This document shows, in pieces, positions 48,711 to 58,639 of a stretch of DNA of 61,687 nucleotides. The stretch's first letter is position 1. Each line of letters begins with the position of its first letter. The stretch comes from Dehalococcoidia bacterium UBA6926 (lineage in GTDB: Bacteria > Chloroflexota > Dehalococcoidia > UBA6926): assembly GCA_002450835.1 (NCBI GenBank), contig DKAM01000030.1:1-61687 (forward strand), given 5' to 3'. The position numbers were made by a program, and so were the translations under genes. Under the pieces are notes generated by a model. It was not told the DNA's origin, searched no databases, and saw only the letters and a program-made list of their open reading frames with translations.

Positions 48711-50168
48711 TTATCGTATTCTGAGGGATTTCAAAAATTCCACAACCGCTTTTTGATCCCCCACCGCCAAATTTTGGAATTTGACTCTCGATTCTTCGGC
48801 TTCACCTCCGTGAGCCTCGATAGCTTGACTGATCAGCGTAGCTCTACCGTGATGTAAAAACGGTGGTTCAGACGCAAATCCCCACAATTTTTTCGTCAGC
48901 CACTGACTCGAAGGAATATCGAAGCACCTGCCAGAATTTGATCTCTCGCATTGACCAACTTTTTCATTATCTAATTGATCACCCATGTCATGCCGTTTGA
49001 AATCTGTGAAAACGGGTATCATTATTCGACCATCGGAATCTGTCTCAAAATTAGCATTCGAATCAAGCTTGATTAAATCAATTGAGAAAGGTGACGCTCC
49101 ACTTTCCTCCCTATAAATCCGTGGAGGGTTATAAGGGTTGGGCTCTACAAAAACGGAGCTTTCAAGAGGTAATTTAGGTATATGGCACGAGGCACAACCT
49201 ATAGTTTCAAAGATATTTTCGCCTAAAAGTGCTGCCTCTTTCACTTGATCTGATTCAGGATAATTTATGCTAGGAGCAGGTAGAGCTGCTTGGAATAAAG
49301 TAAGTGCTGTAATATCGCCTACCGACAATTCATCCGGTATTCCATCTTTATCGGGATCTTTGCCAAATCCATAAGTCTCAGCGGCTTGAATACCGTGATG
49401 CAAATTTAAAGCAAAAATCGTAAATTGACGTAGTGAAATCATCGAACCTTTCTGGCCAAAGGGTTTGATGATTAGATCTTCATCTATTCCCTCTGTTTCG
49501 CTAGTATCAACAACTCCGTTTGGATGAACGGTGATGAAACCAAAATCAATACCCTTAGAAATGAGTTGCACTCTTATTATTTCTTTAGTTATTTTGGATT
49601 TCCAGAACGCATCATACCTAATTTGTTCTAAGTCGTCGGTAATTTCTCTCGCTAATAACTCAACGTAACCAGAACCAAACATCCCTAAAGTATTCCTCTC
49701 ATTACCTACCTCGGATAAAGGCATGTCTTCAACAAACGATAATTCACCTGATAGAACAAATACGTTAGCGACATTGTCACCACCGCCACCAGTCTTTGGT
49801 AGATTATGACATCCAGAACAAGCATTAGCATCTGGGCCAGATATGCGATTAAAATTATCTGGGATTTCCCTACGTTCCCTAGAATCAAAGTCACCATTGG
49901 TTTCTGGGCGCCCAGCCCCATCTAAGCTGTTAAAAGAAGCTAAGAATAGAATTTCTCCCTTTCTCAGAATTTCTTCAACACTTAGCTTATTTGACAATAT
50001 ATCCTCTTGATCGATATGAACGGAAATCGAAGGTGCATCCCCAATTGTCTCAACGAAATCTCCATCCCCTGATGGGTCACTCAGGTTAAACCCACATCCG
50101 ATAATTAGAAATGTGCCAATAAGGCTCGAGACAATTAATCTATTAGGCATCATAGTTAAACAACTCAC
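48711..50168 (-). CDS. Di-haem oxidoreductase (DHOR/thiol-oxidoreductase-like) c-type cytochrome lipoprotein
   Basis: Lipobox LIIGC; two CxxCH (CSGCH, CASCH); FG.G.VE, PFGQKG, FTDFKRHDMG, T..LWG, PFLHHGRA, AI.AHGGEA, EFLKSL; start may be ATG near 50153. Confidence 0.82.
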   Translation of the reverse strand: MSCLTMMPNRLIVSSLIGTFLIIGCGFNLSDPSGDGDFVETIGDAPSISVHIDQEDILSNKLSVEEILRKGEILFLASFNSLDGAGRPETNGDFDSRERREIPDNFNRISGPDANACSGCHNLPKTGGGGDNVANVFVLSGELSFVEDMPLSEVGNERNTLGMFGSGYVELLAREITDDLEQIRYDAFWKSKITKEIIRVQLISKGIDFGFITVHPNGVVDTSETEGIDEDLIIKPFGQKGSMISLRQFTIFALNLHHGIQAAETYGFGKDPDKDGIPDELSVGDITALTLFQAALPAPSINYPESDQVKEAALLGENIFETIGCASCHIPKLPLESSVFVEPNPYNPPRIYREESGASPFSIDLIKLDSNANFETDSDGRIMIPVFTDFKRHDMGDQLDNEKVGQCERSNSGRCFDIPSSQWLTKKLWGFASEPPFLHHGRATLISQAIEAHGGEAEESRVKFQNLAVGDQKAVVEFLKSLRIR

Positions 50169-50264
50169 CGGTTATCATATAAACGTCACTTTCTTATAAC
50201 ACACACTATATCTGTTTTCCTAAATTAAAAAGCAAAAATCCTAACCATTTCGAATGATAACCGG
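50168..50264. repeat. 11-bp perfect inverted repeat in the divergent intergenic region
   Basis: CCGGTTATCAT (50168-50178) and ATGATAACCGG (50254-50264). Confidence 0.75.
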
Positions 50265-50376
50265 CACTAATAAAATAAACGAACATTCGTATATATTGAT
50301 ACTAATGCAATAATCTCAATGTTCAGGTATAAATAACGTCAAATATATTACATTTTAAGGAAAGGCATTAATAATT

Positions 50377-51033
50377 ATGAATTCAGCGGTTCAACAAACC
50401 CTAATAGCTGTGGTTGTAACAGCGCTACTCGTAGGTGGTGGAGTCTGGTTTAGTTTACAAGGCTCGCTTGACACTGCAAATGAGAAGATAGATGTTCTTT
50501 CAGCTAACACTGCTTCAGGCGGAGGAATGAACATAAAACTTCTACCTGATCAAGAGACAATGGAAGCTACAGTACCAATGGAAGAAGTCTTTAGTTTCGA
50601 TAGAAATCATGCGATCTGCTGGGTAGAGAGCAACCCAATCGCGTTCACAATGCCAACATTTGCAATGGGAGCAGTTCCTATAGACGAGAACGGCTTCTTC
50701 ATGTCGATGGTGGCAAGCAGCGTGGACACCTATGAAGTGAGCACCAACAGCGACGGTTCCACCCAGGTGGAAATGACAGGAACATTAGGATGTAATACTG
50801 AAGTGTTCTCTGGTGGTACACAATTTGGTGACAGAGCGGCATCAGAACCAGCAACTTACAGAGTTGTAGCGGTAGATAACGGAATCGGAGGAGGCCAAGC
50901 TGGCGATACTTTCGCATACACGGTCTTCTTTGATGAGGCCACCGCACCTTTGAACCATGCGATTTTTGGTCCTGAATTCACTTTCACCGGTGAAATGAAC
51001 GCTGGTGAAATAACGATTGTGGATCCTTCCTAG
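50377..51033 (+). CDS. Hypothetical N-terminally anchored extracytoplasmic protein (Met-rich, two Cys)
   Basis: Hydrophobic N-terminal helix, short linker, beta-rich acidic domain; long hairpin downstream. Confidence 0.8.
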   Translation: MNSAVQQTLIAVVVTALLVGGGVWFSLQGSLDTANEKIDVLSANTASGGGMNIKLLPDQETMEATVPMEEVFSFDRNHAICWVESNPIAFTMPTFAMGAVPIDENGFFMSMVASSVDTYEVSTNSDGSTQVEMTGTLGCNTEVFSGGTQFGDRAASEPATYRVVAVDNGIGGGQAGDTFAYTVFFDEATAPLNHAIFGPEFTFTGEMNAGEITIVDPS

Positions 51034-51050
51034 CATCCAAAGATAAGAAC

Positions 51051-51099
51051 CAACCTAATCAAGGCGCCTTGTTTTAAATGGGGCGCCTTGATTAGGTTG
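51051..51099 (+). terminator. Long hairpin after the hypothetical gene (terminator or 3' stabiliser)
   Basis: 18-bp perfect inverted repeat CAACCTAATCAAGGCGCC / GGCGCCTTGATTAGGTTG, extendable by G-U pairs. Confidence 0.7.
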
Positions 51100-51174
51100 T
51101 AGAAAACATCATGACCAAACTACACTAGTAATGTTACTTAGTGTAATAAGCGATATCCAACTAGGGGGGGTAAC

Positions 51175-52707
51175 ATGGTCAGAACGATGATACGTGGGAA
51201 ATATGTTTTATTAAAAGCTGATTTAGAAGGTAATAGCGAGCTCATCGAAGACGGGGCTGTAGTACAAGATTCCGGTACAATTATAGAGACCGGGCCCTAC
51301 TCTGAATTAAATGGGAAATACCCCGGCACAAAAACAATAGGGACCGGAGAACAATTCGTAATTCCAGGACTCATCAACGCCCACCATCACGGGAGAGGGA
51401 TAGCATCTGGGCTATTGATGGGGCAAACGGATGGACATTTAGAAACGTGGATTCATCGTGGTTGGGGAAAGCGACCACTAGATCCTTACCTGATGTCGAT
51501 GGGAACATTGATGCAACAAATTCAGTCAGGTACCACTACCATAATGTTCAATCAAACCGCTGGCCCCGTGTCCCAAATTCAAACTGAAGCTAACAAAACG
51601 TTACAGGCATTTGGTGACATCGGAGTTCGTGTCGCGTTTTCAATAGCTTTTAGAAATCAATCTTTTTTAGTGTATGGCGATACCGATGCGTTTCTGGATT
51701 CCATAGACCCTGAATTAGCTGGAAGAGCAAGGGACAAAGTAAACTCAACTGTAATCGATTTTGAAGAATATTGGGATTTTACCAAAAAATTAAATGATCG
51801 CTACCAAGAAAACGACAAAGTAAAGATTTTGCTAAGCCCCCAAGCATATCATTGGGTAGATGAAAAAACTCTTGGTGAGATCGGGGATCTTTCCCGTAGT
51901 AACAATATGGGTATCCACCTACATATGGTAGAAACAATGTACCAGCGACTGTATTCAGAAAGGATAAATAACGAAACTCCGGTGAGCAGGCTAAACAAGT
52001 TAGGAATGCTCGGCCCAGAGGTGTCCTTTGCACACGGTGTTTGGCTCACCCAAGATGATCTAGATTTAATGGCAGCAACGGGTACATCAATTAGCCATAA
52101 CCCAAGCTCGAATCTAAGGCTAAGTAGCGGGATAGCACCGGTAACAGAAATGCTAAAACGGAAAGTTGTTGTAGGAATTGGGACCGATAGCGCAGGGATT
52201 AATGACAACGATGACTTGCTCCAAGAAATGGGTTTAGCGCTGAGATTACATAGGCCTCCAGGACATTACAATAAATCTATTTCCGCAGATGAGATATTAC
52301 ACATGGCAACGATTGGGGGCTCAAAAGTAACGACTTTTGGAGAATCAATAGGGACGCTTGAAGCTGGAACAAAAGCGGATATTGTTCTTATCGATTGGAA
52401 CCGTATTACTAGATCCTATATTTCAGAAGATTTGCCACCATTAGAAGCGCTAGTCTCGCGAGCTCGAAAAGATGACGTACAAACAGTTATGATTGATGGA
52501 GATGTCGTTTATGACAATGGTTTATTCACTAACATTGATAGAGACAAAATATACGAAGAAATAAGTCTGGAACTTTCCAGTCCAACCCCAACAGCTGTGT
52601 TTGAAGATAGGGATTTAGCTAACCAATTAGATCCACACATAAGAGAGTACTATGCAGACTGGAAACTAGAATCAGATCAATCTTACCAATTTAACGGTTT
52701 AAATTGA
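51175..52707 (+). CDS. Amidohydrolase family (MTA/SAH deaminase, AtzA/TrzA-like)
   Basis: PGLINAHHH, GTTT, HLHMVE, AHGVW, HNPSSNLRL.SG, GIGTD, G.KAD. Confidence 0.88.
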   Translation: MVRTMIRGKYVLLKADLEGNSELIEDGAVVQDSGTIIETGPYSELNGKYPGTKTIGTGEQFVIPGLINAHHHGRGIASGLLMGQTDGHLETWIHRGWGKRPLDPYLMSMGTLMQQIQSGTTTIMFNQTAGPVSQIQTEANKTLQAFGDIGVRVAFSIAFRNQSFLVYGDTDAFLDSIDPELAGRARDKVNSTVIDFEEYWDFTKKLNDRYQENDKVKILLSPQAYHWVDEKTLGEIGDLSRSNNMGIHLHMVETMYQRLYSERINNETPVSRLNKLGMLGPEVSFAHGVWLTQDDLDLMAATGTSISHNPSSNLRLSSGIAPVTEMLKRKVVVGIGTDSAGINDNDDLLQEMGLALRLHRPPGHYNKSISADEILHMATIGGSKVTTFGESIGTLEAGTKADIVLIDWNRITRSYISEDLPPLEALVSRARKDDVQTVMIDGDVVYDNGLFTNIDRDKIYEEISLELSSPTPTAVFEDRDLANQLDPHIREYYADWKLESDQSYQFNGLN

Positions 52708-52770
52708 ACTACTCGCTATAGTCACCAGCTCCATAAGGCTTCCTTATTTAAGATACAGAAAAGATCTCAC

Positions 52771-53904
52771 TTATTTCAAATAAGATTTCATGGAATCTAT
52801 TGTTTCTTCCGCTTCGTTCACCAAATCAAAAAATATTTCTCTGGCGGGGCGCCTCTCTGTTAACATTCCGCCTATTTGGCCTGAAGGTATTTGGGCTAAA
52901 TCATCACGTTGAGCAGCCTTAATAGCCTCATTCAGTGGCTCATTGAGGACACCTTGCAAAGGCATAGGAAGAGTTTTAAGGCCTGAATTAGCCCACGCCT
53001 CGCGAACAATATTATGATAGGCTCTTTGTTGCTTTCCAGATTGACTAGTACTAATTGAGAATTGTTCCGATCGCGCACCAAGGATTTGGTCTTTTTGGAC
53101 TTCAGGGCTATTACCTTCTTCAGCTACCAAGAATGCTGTACCAATCCACGCTCCCTGGGCCCCCAGAGCCAAAGCTGCAGCTACTTGTGCGCCTGTACCA
53201 ATTCCACCTGCTGCTAAAACCGGTTTAGGGCTGAACACATCAACAACTTGGGGTACTAAAACCATCGTAGAAATACTCCCTGTATGCCCACCAGCTTCTG
53301 TTCCTTGCGCTACAACTATATCTGTACCCGCTGCCATCTGCCGCTCAGCATGACGAGGAGCCCCTGCCATGCCCATTAAAATCATACCGCGATCATGTGC
53401 CTTTTCAGATATAAGAGCGGGATCCCCAAGAGCAGCAGCAAAGATTGGTACGTCATTATCCATTACTACATCGATCTTCTTTAAAATGTGTTCGTAAGTC
53501 ATGGGAGAGCTTTCTGGAACATTCACTTTTGTTAGCTCTAGCTCTTCAATCATTCTTTCAATAAATTTAACATGGTCAGGATATTCTTTTTTTATGTCGT
53601 CATGAATTTCCAGATTACTTCTCGAGCCAACATTCTCGAGTTTTGCGGGAAGCATAAAATCAACACCATAAGGCCGATCACCAACCAAACTTTTCAATTC
53701 TCGAATACCTTGATCTAAATCCTCTAATGTCAAAAAGCTATCTCCTAGAACTCCTAGCCCTCCGGCATTGGTAATTTCCGCAACAAGCTTGACGGGGGTC
53801 GGCGATTTAGACTGCCCTGCCCCTCCGCTATTCATGCCCGCTAGAAAAATTGGATACTCTATACCCAACATATCACATATAGGCGTATATAATTGACCGG
53901 ACAT
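52771..53904 (-). CDS. Nitronate monooxygenase/FabK-like FMN TIM-barrel oxidoreductase
   Basis: LGIEYPIFLAGM, AGGLG, AQGTEAGGH, AAGGI, GTAF, GQ. Confidence 0.87.
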   Translation of the reverse strand: MSGQLYTPICDMLGIEYPIFLAGMNSGGAGQSKSPTPVKLVAEITNAGGLGVLGDSFLTLEDLDQGIRELKSLVGDRPYGVDFMLPAKLENVGSRSNLEIHDDIKKEYPDHVKFIERMIEELELTKVNVPESSPMTYEHILKKIDVVMDNDVPIFAAALGDPALISEKAHDRGMILMGMAGAPRHAERQMAAGTDIVVAQGTEAGGHTGSISTMVLVPQVVDVFSPKPVLAAGGIGTGAQVAAALALGAQGAWIGTAFLVAEEGNSPEVQKDQILGARSEQFSISTSQSGKQQRAYHNIVREAWANSGLKTLPMPLQGVLNEPLNEAIKAAQRDDLAQIPSGQIGGMLTERRPAREIFFDLVNEAEETIDSMKSYLK

Positions 53905-54036
53905 TTTTCACCCCCTAATTATGACCCTGCGTAACGTAACTCATGCTAGAATAAATGTATTCGTTTGAGTTACAAACCTGCTCAAACATTCTATCAGATC
54001 AAAGTTATTGGACAAATTTATTAATAAAAGGGCGCT

Positions 54037-54954
54037 TTGATATTGGATGATTTTAGCAAATTAGACTTGAAGATAGGGTCTCTGGATCTAGCAAACCCTG
54101 TGCTGCCAGCATCAGGTTGCTTCGGACCAGAGTTGGGACAATTTACCAAGGTTAGCTCTCTTGGAGCGATAGTCCCTAAAACTATTTTTTTACATCCAAG
54201 AAAAGGAAACCCCTCTCCAAGAACTGCAGAAGCCCCGTATGGCATGCTGAATTCAGTAGGCATACCTTCTAAAGGTTTAGAAGATTTTCTAGAAAACAAA
54301 ATACAAGATTATTTAAGTATGGGCCCTCCTTTGATAGTAAGCATAGGAGGACTAAACGTTAGCGACTACTGGGATCTAGCCGAACACCTCAACGAGATTT
54401 CTCATGTTAAAGCAATAGAAATTAACGTTTCGTGTCCGAATATTGAAGAAGGCGGCCTCGAAATAGGCAGTAACCCAAAAAACTTGGCAAAATTAGTAGA
54501 TGGAGTTGTAAACAGGTTTAGCAAACCCGTCATTACAAAATTAACTCCTAACGTAACATCTATAACGGACATCGCAGTCGCAGCTGAAAGTTCGGGTTCC
54601 ACTGCAGTATCCCTAATAAACACACTTGCGGCTATCGGCATCAACCCAAACGGGAAAATTTTGACTACGGGCATAGGAAAAGCGGGACTATCGGGCCCTG
54701 CGATAAAGCCAATTGCTCTCAAAATGGTATGGGAAGTCAATAAGCACATAAGTATCCCAATAATCGGTATGGGTGGTATAGAAAACACAAAGGATGCATT
54801 GGAATTTATATTAGCTGGTGCTTCAGCAATATCTATAGGCACGGCCAATTTTACAAGACCAAATACAATGCTAGAAATAATTGACGGATTAGAATCTTAC
54901 GCGGTAGAAAACAATTTAAATAACATACAAGACATTAGGGGTGAAATAGGTTAA
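54037..54954 (+). CDS. pyrD: Dihydroorotate dehydrogenase family 1 catalytic subunit
   Basis: NPVLPASG, GN..PR..E, EINVSCPN, KLTPNVT, INT, GLSGPAIKP, GMGGI. Confidence 0.85.
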   Translation: MILDDFSKLDLKIGSLDLANPVLPASGCFGPELGQFTKVSSLGAIVPKTIFLHPRKGNPSPRTAEAPYGMLNSVGIPSKGLEDFLENKIQDYLSMGPPLIVSIGGLNVSDYWDLAEHLNEISHVKAIEINVSCPNIEEGGLEIGSNPKNLAKLVDGVVNRFSKPVITKLTPNVTSITDIAVAAESSGSTAVSLINTLAAIGINPNGKILTTGIGKAGLSGPAIKPIALKMVWEVNKHISIPIIGMGGIENTKDALEFILAGASAISIGTANFTRPNTMLEIIDGLESYAVENNLNNIQDIRGEIG

Positions 54955-55070
54955 AAAGTGAACTGAAGGCCAAACGTGAACCCTAGGTTCCTACTATAAA
55001 TTTTATAGAAAGAACCTCTAAGCAAATCCAAATCTGCTATCAAATAAATCCGCAAACGGACCTCAAGGGT

Positions 55071-55111
55071 AAAAAATAGTGGGCGAGCGATTAAACAGCT
55101 ACAGCCCACTA
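55071..55111 (-). terminator. Intrinsic terminator of the DUF378 gene
   Basis: Minus strand TAGTGGGC...GCCCACTA stem followed by a T6 tract, right after the stop at 55116. Confidence 0.7.
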
Positions 55112-55115
55112 CTGA

Positions 55116-55319
55116 CTAAATAAGTCCTGCCAGCTCACCTAAAACTACTAGGCCAGAAAGACCAACCAATCCATATATGACCTTGGATATTGTGTTGGTT
55201 TCTCCAAACTTAGATCCGGTGACAGCCGCAACAAGGTCAAGGCCAAAAAGACCAGCGAGACCCCAATTAACAGCACCTACTATCGCCAAAATAGTTGCAA
55301 CCAATATGACTGCATCCAT
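55116..55319 (-). CDS. DUF378 family small membrane protein
   Basis: IVGAVNWGLAGLFGLDLV...IYGLVGLSGL; SD AAGGAGG. Confidence 0.88.
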   Translation of the reverse strand: MDAVILVATILAIVGAVNWGLAGLFGLDLVAAVTGSKFGETNTISKVIYGLVGLSGLVVLGELAGLI

Positions 55320-55456
55320 TACTGCCTCCTCCTTAGCTATGCTAAGTCTTGAGTTATTCTAGACGAGCTATATATATACCACTACATAAGTATTGTCAAG
55401 GATTTTAATTCCTATATATAGGGGGAGGCACCGGTAATAACTCGCTAATCGCCATA

Positions 55457-57820
55457 TTACCTAGCATTCAAAAAGATTCCCCTGAATAATTGATTATACC
55501 TTTGATAACCGAAACCTATGGATAACATAGTTATACCTAAGACCACAAAAGCGACTACTCTATAACCACTATCCAGCAAGAAAACATCAAATATAAATAG
55601 TTTACCTATTGGTATCACTAGAAAAAGAAGTCCAATCATTCTCAAAGCTCTCTTCTTAGAAAAGAAACCATACATGAGAATCACGACAGCATGAAGAGCC
55701 CAAAGCAAGGTCAAGCTCAAATGCATAGCACTCATAGTGTCCAAAGAGGAAACGTAAACCCGGCTTTCAAAAAAACTAATCAGTTCTGTCGTTAAAGAGA
55801 AAATAACCAAAGTATTGAAACTAACCCACAAGGATTTATTAAGAGTTGGATAGTGAATTTTGGGAGGGTACCATGACTTCGCCGATACGATTATCAAAAG
55901 TAACAGTAAAGTTAATAGAATTTTCATTACAAAATACAAATTATATATTGCAGTAAATTCGAAGGGGATTACAAGGAAATTGGGATAATCAACAATTACT
56001 AACTTAGCTAAGGAAACTACCCCGACCCCAAAAAATATATACCACATTATTACGGATTTCGTCCTGCGGGCAATCGCAAAAGCAATTACAGAATAAAGAG
56101 CAAGGAATACGGTTATAATCAGTGCCCCTGTAACTTCTGGTGGTTGGCCCAGAAACAGCTGCTCACTAGCGAACGCCATGTGGCGAAAGTAAGCAATGGT
56201 TTCAGTGGAAAATAACCATATTGTCAAAATCGTACTCAATATCATTAGCCACCATCTGATGGGCCAAATATTGTTCTGACTGGCAAAAATGTCTTCTTCA
56301 AGTTCAAAATTTCGGTTTAGGTATAATACATAAGAGGCAATATAAGAAATAGTGATCAGCAAAATTGAAGCAACTAAAACATCATCACGTAATGAAAAAA
56401 AACTTTGAGAAAAATCTAATAAGTAGAAATCCGGTACCTGTAATAGTCGGAGCGACGCGACAGTAATCAACACTAGCCCTAAAGATCGAGCTCTCCATTG
56501 ATGTAACAAAAGCCCCGCTACTACCAATAGTAGTCCTTCAGCCCCCCAGGCGACGGATACCCACTCCCCACCAAATTGCATAGGTATAGATACTGTAAAA
56601 AATAGGACGGCTATCCCAGCTGAAAATAAAGGGACCCGGGGCGAAACTAGTGCCACTCGATAAGATATATAGCCGACTACTAAATAGAAGGCGCCCAATA
56701 TCCAGCCTAGATTTTGGACATAGTTTTTGCCAAGCTGTTGTACATCCAAAAAAGTGACACTTAATATATAGTAAGCGACTGCGTTGAGGATCATCAGAGA
56801 AAGGTCAGGATACTCCGGACTTTTCTTCGAATAAATATGGTAAAAAGTTGTAGCACCAACAAAAATAAGGAAAATAATTGTAAACCCTGCTTGCAAAATC
56901 ATGATCTCTGACAAAGCAAATTGCAGATTGTCAGCATACACAGATACGACTATCGAGAACATATAAAAATAGGATCCCGCAATAGCAACAGATGTAAGCA
57001 TTCGCCAATTTTTTAGAAAAGCTAATGAAAGGACCGATAAATTAACGACTGCGATGTAAAGAATCAAATTTTGAAAATCTGCAAAACCTAGTAAAACTGG
57101 GTTAACAAAGGCTATACCAACGCTAAGAATTGCAGTCAAACGAGCATTATGTCTCAATGCAAGAAAAGCACCCATAATAGAGATGCCACTAAGTAAAACT
57201 AGGGCTCCCCAATACGGCACAAGCTTATAAGAATCAAAAGCCACATACACAGTGATAAGCAAAATAGCGAGTCCACCACCCACAACTGCTCTAGACCATA
57301 TTGAATAACGATCTCTCACATAGTCGCCTAAGAATATCAACAAAGTGCCTACGGCTATGCCAATTATTACTCGACCGAAATCGTTAACCCAGTTGTTTTC
57401 AAAAGCGAGTAGTAAGAAAAAAGCAATCCCTATTGATAGGGCCGTAACGCCAAGAATTGCAAACCAATTCCTGCCTATAATACTTTCTACATCACCTTGC
57501 CAGTATTGTCTAAAGTACGAAGAAAATATATTACCTGCGGAAGAATCGACTTTTAAATTATCAATAGCTTCATCGGACGAAGGAGCTGTAGCCACTCCTT
57601 CAGGATCTGGTACTTCTGGAGGTAATGAAGTAGGCTCCTCTATACCAGAAACTATATTACCCTCTAAAGCGTCAACTCTCCGATTTAAATCTGTCAATAT
57701 TCTCCGAATACCGGCAATTTCCTCATTAGCATTACCCACGGGGCTAATCCTAGAACCACAATATATGCAGAACACATTTGCATCTGAGTTTTCCTTGTTA
57801 CAATTCGGGCACTCAATCAT
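55457..57820 (-). CDS. DUF2339 multi-pass membrane protein with N-terminal zinc ribbon
   Basis: CPNC..N....FC.YCG; ESIIGRNW..ILG, GGGLAIL; C-terminal KLFIFD...L...YRV..F..LG. Confidence 0.82.
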   Translation of the reverse strand: MIECPNCNKENSDANVFCIYCGSRISPVGNANEEIAGIRRILTDLNRRVDALEGNIVSGIEEPTSLPPEVPDPEGVATAPSSDEAIDNLKVDSSAGNIFSSYFRQYWQGDVESIIGRNWFAILGVTALSIGIAFFLLLAFENNWVNDFGRVIIGIAVGTLLIFLGDYVRDRYSIWSRAVVGGGLAILLITVYVAFDSYKLVPYWGALVLLSGISIMGAFLALRHNARLTAILSVGIAFVNPVLLGFADFQNLILYIAVVNLSVLSLAFLKNWRMLTSVAIAGSYFYMFSIVVSVYADNLQFALSEIMILQAGFTIIFLIFVGATTFYHIYSKKSPEYPDLSLMILNAVAYYILSVTFLDVQQLGKNYVQNLGWILGAFYLVVGYISYRVALVSPRVPLFSAGIAVLFFTVSIPMQFGGEWVSVAWGAEGLLLVVAGLLLHQWRARSLGLVLITVASLRLLQVPDFYLLDFSQSFFSLRDDVLVASILLITISYIASYVLYLNRNFELEEDIFASQNNIWPIRWWLMILSTILTIWLFSTETIAYFRHMAFASEQLFLGQPPEVTGALIITVFLALYSVIAFAIARRTKSVIMWYIFFGVGVVSLAKLVIVDYPNFLVIPFEFTAIYNLYFVMKILLTLLLLLIIVSAKSWYPPKIHYPTLNKSLWVSFNTLVIFSLTTELISFFESRVYVSSLDTMSAMHLSLTLLWALHAVVILMYGFFSKKRALRMIGLLFLVIPIGKLFIFDVFLLDSGYRVVAFVVLGITMLSIGFGYQRYNQLFRGIFLNAR

Positions 57821-57895
57821 AGTTCACCGATCTTCTATATGAGAATTTAATTCGCCTGTAATCTCAACTACGTTCTCAATGATACTTTAAATCAA

Positions 57896-58639
57896 TTATA
57901 GAACTCCAGCACCGTTTAGTATGGATAGAATACCCGCAAAAAAAACAATCAATAGAGCAATTCTCTTATAGATCATCTCTGAGAGAAGATCATTATATTT
58001 ATTCCCCGCGAGCACTCCTAAGACCAGTGCAGGCACAAACCATAGCGCATATAATACCGTCTCAAACGTTAGCAAGCCCGCAACATAAAAACTGATGTTT
58101 GCTGCTACGCTTACGGGGGTGAAATATGCCGCTATATTAGCCCGAAACTCTTCTCTAGGAACTTCTTGGTTGGTAAAAAAAAGGATCACAGGAGGCCCCC
58201 CAACAGCTATACTACCACTCAAAATTCCGCTAACGATACCAACGAAAGCGGAAGCAAGCCGCTCTCTAACAATGTTTAATTTAATCCCCAAAGACATCAA
58301 AATTGCTGATAAAGTTACAGCCACGCCAATGAAAAGTCTTAAGTGATCAGGGGTCATATAAGTAATCATTAAAGTCCCCAGAGGGATAGTAATCACCCCA
58401 GCAAAAGTTAAAACATAAATTCTTCGAATATTGAGATGAGCTTTAGCGTTATTTAATACCAATAGATTGGTGAAGGAAGTATATATTACCACCATGGGAG
58501 CAATCATTTTGGGAGAAATAATAAACCCTAGAATTGGCACAGCTACTAAACCAAATCCGAAACCTGTCAAACCTTGGGTTAATCCAGCGAGAAAAAATAC
58601 TATTGTCCCCATCAAAAGAATTTCGGTTTCAATAATCAT
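57896..58639 (-). CDS. TauE/SafE (TSUP) family membrane transporter
   Basis: QGLTGFGFGLVAVP, G.LSG...GGPP, FRAN; start set at ATG 58639. Confidence 0.87.
   Translation of the reverse strand: MIIETEILLMGTIVFFLAGLTQGLTGFGFGLVAVPILGFIISPKMIAPMVVIYTSFTNLLVLNNAKAHLNIRRIYVLTFAGVITIPLGTLMITYMTPDHLRLFIGVAVTLSAILMSLGIKLNIVRERLASAFVGIVSGILSGSIAVGGPPVILFFTNQEVPREEFRANIAAYFTPVSVAANISFYVAGLLTFETVLYALWFVPALVLGVLAGNKYNDLLSEMIYKRIALLIVFFAGILSILNGAGVL

Noticed and set aside
54985-55017. AT-rich hairpin after pyrD as a novel element
   Set aside because: Most simply a weak terminator between convergent genes
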